A DNA stretch of 39,915 nt from Candidatus Saccharimonadota bacterium (GTDB taxonomy: Bacteria > Patescibacteriota > Saccharimonadia > CAILAD01 > BJGX01), in assembly GCA_009691435.1 (NCBI GenBank), contig SICO01000001.1, positions 1-39,915 of the forward strand. The letters run 5' to 3'. The notes under the pieces are model-generated. The model ran no database searches. It saw only the letters and a program-made list of their open reading frames with translations, and had not been told where the DNA came from. Shown one piece after another: positions 17,363-26,398 of the stretch (position 1 is its first letter; each line of letters starts with the position of its first letter). Both the position numbers and the translations under genes were made by a program.

Positions 17363-20258
17363 GCTTTTCTAGCTCAATTATCAATTCATCGCCGTCCATA
17401 GCTAGTGTTTTTTTGAACTGATAAGACTTAGACTCTAGCGCGTACTCCTTAGCCAATGTTTCGTGAGATATTAATTCCTGATATTCCTCGAGAGCCAGCT
17501 TGAGGATACTAGATTTTGTAATAATGGCCAGCTTAATGCGGTTCTGAATTGCCAGGCCAGCTTCTTTACGGCAGGATTGAATATTGCGGATGATATCCCT
17601 TGCAAGGCCTTCGTTTCTAAGCGTTGGAGAGATATTAGTATCTAGCTGGACCTCCACTAGATCGCTCTTTTTATATTGTACTTCCTTAACATTGAGCTCA
17701 TCGGCAATAATTGCCGAGAGCTCTTTGGTAATTTTTTTAGGTCCAAAGAGTACAACACTCTGCAACGGCTGGCGAACTTTAATTTTATGCTCTGAGCGTT
17801 TAGCAAGGCCATCGTTAACATAACGGCGCACAGCATCCATATCCACTAAAATATCCTCATCATGCTGGTGAGCATTGGGCCAGTCACTCAAATGCACCGA
17901 CTGTGGAGCCCCTAGAATATCTGCTGTTAGGTGGCGATATAGCCAGTCACTCATAAACGGGGCCCACGGGGCGAGCAATTGGCAAATAGTTATCAGCGAC
18001 CAGTGTAGTGTCTGGTACGCTTGCGATTTATCTAAATCGTCCTCTGACTTCCAGAACCTTCTACGGCTCCGTCGAACATACCAATTGGATAAATCATCAA
18101 CCAATCTATAAACGGGCCAACATGCTTTGGCTAATTCAAAATTATCAGCGGCAGCAGTAACCTCTTTAATGGTGCTGGATACTCTTGCCACTAGCCAGAT
18201 ATCAAGAGGGTTCTCTAAGCCTGTTGGCATATCCAAACTCTCTGGCTCCCAGCTGTCAATCTCACTATATAAACTCATAAAAGAAGCGCTATTATAAAGT
18301 GTCATAAATAAATTCCGATTAATATCACTAAGGCTAGCGCGGTCAAAGCGCATATTATCGGCCGAGAGGGCTGGCGCGCTAGATAGCAGGTAGTACCTTA
18401 AGCTATCCGCTCCTTCAAGGTCAAAGACATCTTGAAGTGGCGGATAATTTTTAAGCCTCTTGGATAGTTTTTGTCCATCGGCGGCGGTAATCATTCCGTT
18501 GACCAAAACATTTCGATAAGCAGGCTTACCTAGTACGATCGTTGAGATAACATGTAAAACATAAAACCATAGTCTCGTCTGGTCAAGCCCCTCGCCAATG
18601 AAATCTGCTGGCAAACTATTTCTAAATTTATCAGTGTTTTCAAAAGGGTAGTGTTGCTGGGCTATTGGCATCGAGCCAGAGTCAAACCAGCAATCCAGAA
18701 CCTCCTCAACGCGCTTGTATACTTTTTTGTCTTTTTGTATCGTAACATTATCTATCAAAGGACGGTGCAAATCAGATAAATCAGTATCTGGGCCGGCTAG
18801 CTTTTGAAGCTCTTCAATGCTTTCTACGACTATTATGTCGCTCTCGTCTTTACTGTTAACCCAAATTGGCATCGGTGCACCCCAGTAGCGATTCCGCGAT
18901 ACCGCCCAGTCCCTAGCACCCTCCAGCCATTTGCCAAAACTGCCAGCCTTGATATTAGAGGGAGTCCAATTAATCTCTTGAGCTGCTGCTAGTAACTCTT
19001 TTTTAATTGTAGAGACAGCGATAAACCATGTATCAATAGCATAATAAAGCAGTGGGGTATCGCAACGGTAACAATAAGGATAGGTATGCGCAAATGTTTC
19101 TGCCGAATAGATTTTACCCTGTTTCGTTAGCTCCTCTATAATTATTTTATCAGCTGATTTGAAAAACTTACCCTCTAGGGCTTCTAGCCCCATATTTTGC
19201 TTAACTTTGCCTGACAAATCAATAGTATTAATGATAGGGATACCCTTCTCCTGGCCTAGGGCGAGATCGTCCTCACCAAAAGCTGGGGCTACATGTAAGA
19301 TCCCAGTTCCATCATCAACGCTCACAAAATCCGCAGCCCATATTTTGTAAAGATTCTGATGCTTTGCCGTACCCTTAATATCAAATAATGGCTGGTAGCT
19401 CTTGCCGACTAAGTCACTAGCTGCGATAGTCTTCAAGACCTCATAGCTATCGCTCTTAATGCTCTCCAGGCGCTTTTCGGCAATTATCAACTGCTCGCTT
19501 GTTTCGTCCTGATAATGAACATTAATAAGCAGATATTTAGCATTGGGCTCAATTGCCAGGGCACAATTACCCGGTAGGCTCCATGGCGTTGTAGTCCACG
19601 CCAATAAGCTTGCCTGCTCGCCTTGTAGCTTGAACTTTACAATCACGCTAGGGTCCGAGACGTTATCTTTATAGCCCTCATTAACCTCAAAATTACTAAG
19701 TGGTGTAGCACAGCGCGGGCAATAAGGCATGCACTTAAAGCCCTTATAAATTAAGCCTTTTTTATAAATCTGCGCAAATGTCCACCATTCCGACTCAATA
19801 TATTGATTATCGATAGTAGCATAGGCATTTTCTTTATCCGTCCAGCGACCAATTCTATCAAAGTAACTTTCCCAGTCGCTCTTATATTTAAAAACAGAGT
19901 CCCGGCAGGCATTATTGAATTTCTCTAGTCCCAACTCCATAATTTGCTGTTTGCCAACAACATTAAACTGTTTTTCTATTTCAAATTCTACTGGTAAGCC
20001 ATGGCAATCCCAGCCGTTTCTACGCTCCACGTACCTTCCCTTCATGGTTTGGAATCGCCCGATTGAATCCTTAATGCTAGTCACTAGGCTGTGCCCGAAG
20101 TGAGGAAGACCATTTGCAAATGGTGGGCCATCGTAAAAACTAAATGGTTTACCATCCTTAGTTTTCTGTAATGAGGCTGCGAAAGTGCCCTCATCCTGCC
20201 AGGCCTTGAGCATTGCTTCTTCGACTACTTTCGGTTTGTACTGAGGTAATTTTTTCAT
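17352..20258 (-). CDS. ileS: Isoleucyl-tRNA synthetase (type-2 / eukaryote-like form)
   Basis: HIGH region PPFANGLPHFGH, KMSKS variant KLSKRLKN, and GKWLEGARDWAVSRNRYWGAPMPIW. Confidence 0.95.
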   Translation of the reverse strand: MKKLPQYKPKVVEEAMLKAWQDEGTFAASLQKTKDGKPFSFYDGPPFANGLPHFGHSLVTSIKDSIGRFQTMKGRYVERRNGWDCHGLPVEFEIEKQFNVVGKQQIMELGLEKFNNACRDSVFKYKSDWESYFDRIGRWTDKENAYATIDNQYIESEWWTFAQIYKKGLIYKGFKCMPYCPRCATPLSNFEVNEGYKDNVSDPSVIVKFKLQGEQASLLAWTTTPWSLPGNCALAIEPNAKYLLINVHYQDETSEQLIIAEKRLESIKSDSYEVLKTIAASDLVGKSYQPLFDIKGTAKHQNLYKIWAADFVSVDDGTGILHVAPAFGEDDLALGQEKGIPIINTIDLSGKVKQNMGLEALEGKFFKSADKIIIEELTKQGKIYSAETFAHTYPYCYRCDTPLLYYAIDTWFIAVSTIKKELLAAAQEINWTPSNIKAGSFGKWLEGARDWAVSRNRYWGAPMPIWVNSKDESDIIVVESIEELQKLAGPDTDLSDLHRPLIDNVTIQKDKKVYKRVEEVLDCWFDSGSMPIAQQHYPFENTDKFRNSLPADFIGEGLDQTRLWFYVLHVISTIVLGKPAYRNVLVNGMITAADGQKLSKRLKNYPPLQDVFDLEGADSLRYYLLSSAPALSADNMRFDRASLSDINRNLFMTLYNSASFMSLYSEIDSWEPESLDMPTGLENPLDIWLVARVSSTIKEVTAAADNFELAKACWPVYRLVDDLSNWYVRRSRRRFWKSEDDLDKSQAYQTLHWSLITICQLLAPWAPFMSDWLYRHLTADILGAPQSVHLSDWPNAHQHDEDILVDMDAVRRYVNDGLAKRSEHKIKVRQPLQSVVLFGPKKITKELSAIIADELNVKEVQYKKSDLVEVQLDTNISPTLRNEGLARDIIRNIQSCRKEAGLAIQNRIKLAIITKSSILKLALEEYQELISHETLAKEYALESKSYQFKKTLAMDGDELIIELEKHEA

Positions 20259-20505
20259 TGCAGGGCTCCCTTAAAATATTAAGACACCGCATCATATCAA
20301 ATACTCGATGCGGTGTCAGGGTTCATGTATTATTGAACGGTACCACCTGACTTCCCTTTTTTAAAAGGGCACTTCATTAATGAGCTCTATCGCGTCTCGA
20401 GCGATGGGTTCTACTAACTCTGTCTAGCAGGGTTTTCTTCCCACGGCGCTGCGTTTTAAAAAAACGCACTCTTGGTCGATAACCAATCGTATCCTAACGC
20501 CTTAA
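20259..20505 (-). promoter_or_regulatory. T-box leader (tRNA-sensing riboswitch) of ileS
   Basis: On the minus strand the antiterminator has canonical architecture: A1 GUCAGG, 7-nt bulge UGGUACC, A2 GUUC, then loop-GAAC-CCUGAC. The T-box core GGUGGUACCG is at 20338-20347. A CCCUUU/AAAGGG hairpin (Stem III-like) precedes it. Candidate AUC specifiers are a 7-nt hairpin loop UUAUCGA (20476-20482) or CCAUCG. Confidence 0.7.
20283..20317 (-). terminator. T-box attenuator (terminator) hairpin
   Basis: GACACCGCAUC and GAUGCGGUGUC form an 11-bp stem followed by UUAAUAUUUU. Its 5' arm overlaps the 3' arm of the antiterminator by 3 nt. Confidence 0.6.
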
Positions 20506-20539
20506 CTACACTTATTATAGTATTATAATGCGTTAAATA

Positions 20540-20806
20540 CTAGATATAGCCAATTGCTTGGTGGAGTTCATTGCTAGTTGGCAAAGTCCCTTGCCAGACG
20601 GCCTGGAAGGTATCGTCATCTCTGACTAATAGTAGCGCTGGAAAACTCAAAATATCATAGGCCCCAAGCGTACTAATTGCGCTGGCTGAATTAATGTCAA
20701 CAGCACTTAATCTGACGTGATTTAGCTTGAGGTTTTTCTTTAACTCCGATAGCTCAAGCCTAAATTTCTTGGTATCCCCCCTGCTATAAAAAAGTGTTGC
20801 CTTCAT
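20540..20806 (-). CDS. Small thioredoxin-fold-like protein lacking any Cys (88 aa)
   Basis: The pattern reads beta-alpha-beta, then SFPALLLV (cis-Pro-like FP), then FQAVWQG and a helix. No CxxC and no cysteine at all. The fold call is by eye only. Confidence 0.4.
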   Translation of the reverse strand: MKATLFYSRGDTKKFRLELSELKKNLKLNHVRLSAVDINSASAISTLGAYDILSFPALLLVRDDDTFQAVWQGTLPTSNELHQAIGYI

Positions 20807-20832
20807 ATTGTTTATATTTTAACATAAGCAAT

Positions 20833-21291
20833 TTAATTATGGAGTTTTTTGATTTTAGTTAATTCCTTCTCAAAACTAGATAGACTTGCAAAGCTTCGAT
20901 AAACACTAGCAAACCTAACATATGCTACGTCGTCAACTTTTAATAATTCGTCCATTACAATAGCGCCAAGTTTGCTAGTTGGTAGCTCGGGCTGGTCTAG
21001 CCCGCGTGCTAAACGCTCCACTTCGGCAATAAGCTCTTCAATCCGCACAGCTTCAACTGGCCTTTTTTCAAATGCCTTATAGACTCCTGTTGATAATTTC
21101 TGTTTATCAAATAGCTCCCGTTCGCCGTTTTTCTTAATAACAAAAAGGTTCGGTACCTCTAGTCGTTCATAGGTTGTATAGCGATGTTTACAATCAAGGC
21201 ATTCGCGTCGCCGACGAATAGAACTAGCACCCTCCACGTCTCGCGACTCAAGTACCCGGCTTTCTTCTATACTGCAAACGGGGCACTTCAT
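20833..21291 (-). CDS. nrdR: Transcriptional repressor NrdR
   Basis: Zinc ribbon MKCPVCS...CLDC followed by an ATP-cone. ESRDVEGASSIRRRRECLDCKHRYTTYE is typical. Confidence 0.9.
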   Translation of the reverse strand: MKCPVCSIEESRVLESRDVEGASSIRRRRECLDCKHRYTTYERLEVPNLFVIKKNGERELFDKQKLSTGVYKAFEKRPVEAVRIEELIAEVERLARGLDQPELPTSKLGAIVMDELLKVDDVAYVRFASVYRSFASLSSFEKELTKIKKLHN

Positions 21292-21301
21292 ATCTACCCC
21301 G

Positions 21302-22717
21302 CTAAAGTTTTTTCTTTACAAAGCTTGGCATATCGTCATCGGCTTTCTTAGCCTTTGGTCGGCCTATCTTTAAGCCCAGTCTCTTATAGGCTGGCAGATC
21401 AGAATCGTCATCCTCGGCTTGATCAAAATTTGTAGATACAGTCTCTACAATAGGCTCCTCTGGGAGTTCAGTTCTGGCTGATTCCTTATTATAATCTTCT
21501 TCATCAAAGTCAAAATCAATGGTTTCCTCGCCTAGGGCACTTGCGTTGTTAGCAAATAATGAGGATTTTTTGGGTTTTGCACTAACTAGAGGCTCGTCGT
21601 CGGTAGGATCAAAAACAGGCTTGGAGTCGTAATCTTTCAAAAATGGTATTGCGGGCGATTCGGTTTCTGCTGGGGCATCATCCGGATCTCCAAAAATACT
21701 GGGTGCTACATATCCTGGCTTGGGTGGAAAAATAGGGTGGGTACTTTTGTGGCTATCAAAGCCAGTAGCAACTAAAGTCACCCTGATCTCGCCAGTCAGG
21801 TTCTCATCTAATACAGTCCCCCAGATAATATTGGCTTCAGGATCAACTGAATCGTGTATTAATTTCGCTGCCTCCTCAATCTCGTGCATGCCCATATCTC
21901 GACCGCCAGTAAAGTTAATTAGCACTCCCTTAGCACCCTGTATGGAGACATCTAGTAGTGGCGAGTCCATAGCGTATTTAACGGCATCAATTGCCCTGGT
22001 ATCGCCCGAACCCTGTCCGATACCCATTAGTGCCGAGCCAGCATTACTCATAATGGATTTGACATCAGCAAAATCTAAATTAACCAGCCCATTAACTGTA
22101 ATTAGGTCAGCAATACCCTGTACGCCTTGCTTTAAAACATCATCAACCGTACCAAAGGCATCTAGCAATGTCGTTTTACGATCAACTAGCTGTAGAATCC
22201 TATCATTAGGGATAGTGATAAGGGTATCAACCCTACCCTTCAGTTCCTCAATACCCGCCTCGCAGATTTTACGGCGCCTATCGCCTTCAAAGGAGAAAGG
22301 CTTAGTGATAATTGCAACAGTTAAAGCACCTATGTCCCTTGCTATTCTAGCAACTACTGGTGCAGCTCCCGAACCTGTACCGCCCCCATAGCCAGCAGTG
22401 ATAAAGACCATTTCGGAATGCTTTAAGGCATTGTAAATAGCCTCTTCGCTCTCCTCGGCGGCTTGTCGGCCAATCTCTGGGTTAGCGCCAGCACCCAAAC
22501 CGCGTGTGGCCTCCTTGCCAATATGAACCTTGGTGTTAGCCTGTGACCAATGCAGCGCCTGGGCGTCAGTATTAATAGCAACGAAATCAATACCCCTTAG
22601 TTTGGATTGAACCATTCTATTTAGGGCATTGCCTCCGCCGCCACCAATACCGATGACTTTAATACGCGCGAATGTTTCTATTTCTGGTAAGATTTCTGCC
22701 ATATATTTATACCTCAC
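21302..22717 (-). CDS. ftsZ: Cell division GTPase FtsZ. The likely true start is ATG at 22702, since the track start is a GTG.
   Basis: GGGTGSGAAPV tubulin signature. A long acidic C-terminal linker ends in the conserved-type peptide DDMPSFVKKKL. Confidence 0.95.
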   Translation of the reverse strand: MRYKYMAEILPEIETFARIKVIGIGGGGGNALNRMVQSKLRGIDFVAINTDAQALHWSQANTKVHIGKEATRGLGAGANPEIGRQAAEESEEAIYNALKHSEMVFITAGYGGGTGSGAAPVVARIARDIGALTVAIITKPFSFEGDRRRKICEAGIEELKGRVDTLITIPNDRILQLVDRKTTLLDAFGTVDDVLKQGVQGIADLITVNGLVNLDFADVKSIMSNAGSALMGIGQGSGDTRAIDAVKYAMDSPLLDVSIQGAKGVLINFTGGRDMGMHEIEEAAKLIHDSVDPEANIIWGTVLDENLTGEIRVTLVATGFDSHKSTHPIFPPKPGYVAPSIFGDPDDAPAETESPAIPFLKDYDSKPVFDPTDDEPLVSAKPKKSSLFANNASALGEETIDFDFDEEDYNKESARTELPEEPIVETVSTNFDQAEDDDSDLPAYKRLGLKIGRPKAKKADDDMPSFVKKKL

Positions 22718-22808
22718 TACTCCTAGAATAATTGCTTGGGCAGGATAGTATCCTCCCAGATGTAATTTGCCTTACCACATACCTTTTTTACTAGAAAAGG
22801 ATACATTT

Positions 22809-22837
22809 ATTATATACAAACAAACCGACTTATGCAA
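22809..22837 (-). promoter_or_regulatory. Putative promoter TTGCAT-17-TATAAT (minus strand) inside the ftsA-ftsZ spacer
   Basis: Hexamers and spacer were counted directly. It would give a ~100-nt ftsZ leader. Confidence 0.45.
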
Positions 22838-22999
22838 TATATTTGTTCAAGATTTTTATAACATTATAAGGTATAAATAATGTGTTCATTACAAAAAATT
22901 AATTATTCTATTTTTTTGCGCTAAGTGTGGTTAAAAAATAAATATCTACTATTTTAGAATTTTAGGCACAATAGGGAACTATTTATCAATAACTCCGAG

Positions 23000-24235
23000 C
23001 TAGGGCATTAATCCCTTAAAAAGGGTCTTAGCTTTATGGCCGATTCTGCCAATTGCACCATTAAAACTACGAGATTTGCTAATTTTGGGTGTATCCATAT
23101 CTTCTAGCATTAGCCCAATTGCAACGGCATAGGCAGGATCTGTAATCTTATCTGAAACGCCGGTATACTTCTGTGAGGAGCCAACCGTAGCTGGTAGTTT
23201 TACGAAACCCTTAGCAAACTCAGCAATTTCGGGCATCTTTGCACCTCCACCGGTTAGTACCACTCCTGCTGAAAGCTGCTGGTGCTGGTCAATTTTTGTT
23301 ATCTCCTTCGCTGCTAGTTCCAAAATCTCACTAAGTCTAGCGAAAATTATCTTATCAACGTCATTTTTGGATACAACGCCTTTGCCACCGAATTCGGAAA
23401 GGTCAATTTTTTGTTGATTTCGAGGGCTGGGATGCTGGGCAGTGCCATATTTAATCTTAACCTGTTCGGCAATTTCAATACCTGTTCGTAACCCATAAAC
23501 CAAATCCTTCGTAATATTATTGGACCCCATTGGAATAATATTGGTATATGATAGCTTCCCCTCGTTATAAACCGCAATGCCAGTCGTTTGAGACCCAAGA
23601 TGTACCAATGCTACACCGAGTTCCATTTGTTTCTTGGTTAATACCGTGCGGGCGGCGGAGATTGGTACGATCAGCTGGCTATTGATTTGAACTCCAGATC
23701 TAAATACAGCATTTTGCAGGTTTTTTAATGCTGGGCTGAGGCCTGTAATAATATGCGTATCAACTTCAAGGCGAATACCGCTCATACCAACCGGGTCGGT
23801 AATGCCAGACTGGCCATCGACGCTATAATTTCGGGGGATTACCTGCAGAATCTGCCTATTGGATTCTAGCTGGATTGCAGTTGAAGCTTGCTCAACTCGA
23901 ACTAATTCTTCTTTAGTTATCTCGTGGTCGGCTCTTGATACTGCAATCACACCCCTAGAATTTAAACTTTGGATATGGGCACCATCAACAGCTATCGTAG
24001 CTCGTTCTATCGCTATCCCACTCATCCGCTCGGCTTCTTCTAGTGCCGCCGTAATGGAGCTAACGGTTTCTTCCACATCTACTACTACGCCTTTTCTGAC
24101 GCCAGATGTGGGGGAGACCCCAAGTCCTATAATGCTGGGGAGTGCCGAATCCTGCTGGTGCAAGCCAACAACACAAACTACCTTACTTGAGCTAATATCT
24201 AAACCAACGTATGTTTCTTCGTCTTTAGGTGCCAT
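23000..24235 (-). CDS. ftsA: Cell division protein FtsA (actin-like ATPase)
   Basis: Begins YVGLDISSSKVVCVV, with a later VLTGGGAKMPEIAEFA actin-fold motif. It lies upstream of ftsZ. Confidence 0.9.
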   Translation of the reverse strand: MAPKDEETYVGLDISSSKVVCVVGLHQQDSALPSIIGLGVSPTSGVRKGVVVDVEETVSSITAALEEAERMSGIAIERATIAVDGAHIQSLNSRGVIAVSRADHEITKEELVRVEQASTAIQLESNRQILQVIPRNYSVDGQSGITDPVGMSGIRLEVDTHIITGLSPALKNLQNAVFRSGVQINSQLIVPISAARTVLTKKQMELGVALVHLGSQTTGIAVYNEGKLSYTNIIPMGSNNITKDLVYGLRTGIEIAEQVKIKYGTAQHPSPRNQQKIDLSEFGGKGVVSKNDVDKIIFARLSEILELAAKEITKIDQHQQLSAGVVLTGGGAKMPEIAEFAKGFVKLPATVGSSQKYTGVSDKITDPAYAVAIGLMLEDMDTPKISKSRSFNGAIGRIGHKAKTLFKGLMP

Positions 24236-24280
24236 AGCTACCTATTATACTGCAAGCGTGGCTAGTAGTTCAAATGTTAG

Positions 24281-25030
24281 CTAGCTAGCCAGCACTTCGC
24301 AGCCATTTTTTGTAACAAGAACTGTATTCTCAAATTGAGCACTTAATGATCCGTCTCTGGTCATATAGGTCCATCCATCATCAGCTAGATATAAATCGTT
24401 GGTACTAATTGATGCAATCGGCTCGATAGCGATAGTCATGCCCGCCTTGAGCAGTTCACCGGTACCGGCAGTACCATAATTAGCAATAACAGGGTCCTCA
24501 TGTAGCTGGTGGCCAACACCATGCCCGGTTAAGCTGTATATCGGCCTCAGCTTGTGCTTTCTTAAATGATGCTCAATAACAGCACTAATATCGCCAACTC
24601 TAACCCCGTCTTTAATGACCTTCAGAGCCTCTAGCAGGGCCTCATAGCAACCTTCTAGTAGCCTTGCCCCGTCCTTTGAGGGCTTGCCAATACTAATACT
24701 GCGCGCGGCGTCTGTTATCATCCCATTATAATTAACACCGTAGTCAATACCTACTAGGTCGCCATTTTGTAATTTACGCTCATTTGGCAGAGCATGGACA
24801 ATCTCGTTGTTAACAGATACACAGACGCTACCCGGAAACCCCTGATAGCCTAAGAATGCTGGCTTGCCGCCGAGCTTTGCGGTTTCTTTTTGAGCCACTT
24901 GGTCTAACGCTAGGCTAGTTACTCCTGGCTTGGCAAGACCTACCAGAATATCTAAGACTGCCGTTAAGATTTCACCGCTACGGCGTATATTATCAATTTC
25001 CTCGGGAGTTTTAATCTTAGTGGCTACCAT
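24281..25030 (-). CDS. map: Methionine aminopeptidase type I
   Basis: Metal ligands sit in typical context (GIDYG.., TGHGVGHQLHE, IEP, ENTV). Confidence 0.95.
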   Translation of the reverse strand: MVATKIKTPEEIDNIRRSGEILTAVLDILVGLAKPGVTSLALDQVAQKETAKLGGKPAFLGYQGFPGSVCVSVNNEIVHALPNERKLQNGDLVGIDYGVNYNGMITDAARSISIGKPSKDGARLLEGCYEALLEALKVIKDGVRVGDISAVIEHHLRKHKLRPIYSLTGHGVGHQLHEDPVIANYGTAGTGELLKAGMTIAIEPIASISTNDLYLADDGWTYMTRDGSLSAQFENTVLVTKNGCEVLAS

Positions 25031-25569
25031 TGCAGGGCTGTCTTAATCCTCTGCGATATCTCTAGGGGGTCTCCTGCCCCATCTACTGCTACAAAAATCC
25101 CTTGCTCTTTCGCATGGCTAATAACCTCATCGGTTAGCCTGTGGAAAACCTCTATCCTATTTTGAATAATAGCTTGGCTATCGTCGTGGCGGCCTCTCTT
25201 TAGAAGCCTCTGGAGAGATTCTTCGTCAGAAATATCTATCAGTAAATATTTTGCAACATTAATGTCATGGGATTGGGCATATTCTTCCATCCATTGAGCT
25301 TGGTCCACATCTCTAGGGAAGCCATCCGAGACAATAACACTACCATCGGCAAAACTTTCTAGTTGCTGCTGTATCATTTCATTAACGATATCATAATCTA
25401 CCAAATCCCCTGCTTGTAGCGCTTGCCTAACCGCTTCGTCAGTCGTCGCCCTCTGCCTAATTAAATCGCCGATCCTGATAATTTCAATTTTACGTAATTT
25501 AGCCAGCAGATCTATTTGAGTATCCTTGCCAGAACCAGGCAAACCAATAATTGTTATTAGCTGCTTCAT
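25024..25569 (-). CDS. adk: Adenylate kinase (short-LID form)
   Basis: P-loop GLPGSGKDTQ (canonical GKGTQ), DGFPRDVDQA, and an RGRHDD LID remnant. The adk-map order matches the end of the spc operon. Confidence 0.8.
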   Translation of the reverse strand: MKQLITIIGLPGSGKDTQIDLLAKLRKIEIIRIGDLIRQRATTDEAVRQALQAGDLVDYDIVNEMIQQQLESFADGSVIVSDGFPRDVDQAQWMEEYAQSHDINVAKYLLIDISDEESLQRLLKRGRHDDSQAIIQNRIEVFHRLTDEVISHAKEQGIFVAVDGAGDPLEISQRIKTALQW

Positions 25570-25934
25570 CTAATAAGGTCACTTAAAACGGTGTATATTT
25601 TGGGTCCGAAAATAACAGCTGCCACTACGAGCGCCCCAACCGCCGTGATTAACACGCCGGCGGCCATCATATCTTTAATAAGCTGGACGAGATGATTGTT
25701 TTCTTGACTAATTAGGTCTAGGGTTTTTTCGAATGCGGTATTAATAATCTCTGCCAACAGGACCATCACTATAAAGGTTATGACAAATAAAAACTCTAGG
25801 GTGCTAATCTTGAGTAAAAATGATAGCAAAATTGCAGCAAGCGCAAAGACTAGATGCAATTTAGCATTTCGTTCAGAACTTATTACTGCCCTTAAGCCTC
25901 GTAGGGCATACCTAAAACTAGCTAATGTGACCAT
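25566..25934 (-). CDS. dgkA: Diacylglycerol/undecaprenol kinase (DgkA family)
   Basis: ERNAKLH, AEIINTAFE, KDMMAAGVL and three TM segments. Confidence 0.8.
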   Translation of the reverse strand: MVTLASFRYALRGLRAVISSERNAKLHLVFALAAILLSFLLKISTLEFLFVITFIVMVLLAEIINTAFEKTLDLISQENNHLVQLIKDMMAAGVLITAVGALVVAAVIFGPKIYTVLSDLIR

Positions 25935-26389
25935 TCAAAATCCCTATATTTATAATGTAGTGCTTCCATAATATCACTCTGTAGGCGGTCTAAGCTAGCT
26001 ATTTGATTTTTATCCTGATGGTCAAAACCCAATAAATGCAGGGTGCCATGCAGTAAAAGCAATGTCAGCTCTGCCTCCAGGCTAACATTATGTCGCCTTG
26101 CTTGGCTTCTGGCTATTTCCTCGCAGATTACGATATCGCCACTAGCTCCATTGTGCTTATCGTCACTATAATTAAAGCTCAAGACATCTGTTGGATAATC
26201 ATTGCTGGCATAATGCTTATTAAGCTTTTGAATCGCCTTAGTAGTGACAAAAGATAAGCCTACGATTTGATCGCCGTCGTGGGCACCATTACTAGTTGCG
26301 GTAGTAAATTTTTCGATACCGCGAGCAACGGCCCGCAGTTGGGCTGTTTTTAGTAAGCTCTTGCCCTCAATGGTGTATTGAATTGCCAT
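25922..26389 (-). CDS. ybeY: rRNA maturation endoribonuclease YbeY
   Basis: HGTLHLLGFDH zinc motif. Confidence 0.9.
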   Translation of the reverse strand: MAIQYTIEGKSLLKTAQLRAVARGIEKFTTATSNGAHDGDQIVGLSFVTTKAIQKLNKHYASNDYPTDVLSFNYSDDKHNGASGDIVICEEIARSQARRHNVSLEAELTLLLLHGTLHLLGFDHQDKNQIASLDRLQSDIMEALHYKYRDFEWSH

Positions 26390-26398
26390 AGGTTTTTC

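Noticed and set aside
21720-22391. A 223-aa plus-strand ORF antisense to ftsZ. Similar long antisense ORFs occur at 23859-24284 (ftsA), 16344-16673 (SEDS), 31752-32141 (secF), 36416-36763 (fmt), 4064-4414 (prfA) and 27310-27600 (hisS).
   Set aside because: Each lies entirely inside a confidently identified conserved gene on the other strand. The translations are low-complexity (Ser/Pro/Leu-rich) with no motifs. These are typical shadow ORFs.
22829-22846. An NrdR-box-like AT-rich near-palindrome (GCAATATATTTG) overlapping the putative ftsZ -35.
   Set aside because: The palindrome is imperfect, with one extra T breaking the symmetry. There is no second box at the usual ~31-bp spacing, and ftsZ is not an expected NrdR target. 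It is probably chance in AT-rich DNA.
25024-25569. The adenylate kinase P-loop reads GSGKDTQ instead of GKGTQ, which might indicate a pseudo-enzyme.
   Set aside because: All other Adk motifs (DGFPR, R..DD LID remnant, C-terminal helix) and the conserved adk-map context are intact. A single substitution read by eye is insufficient to claim loss of function.
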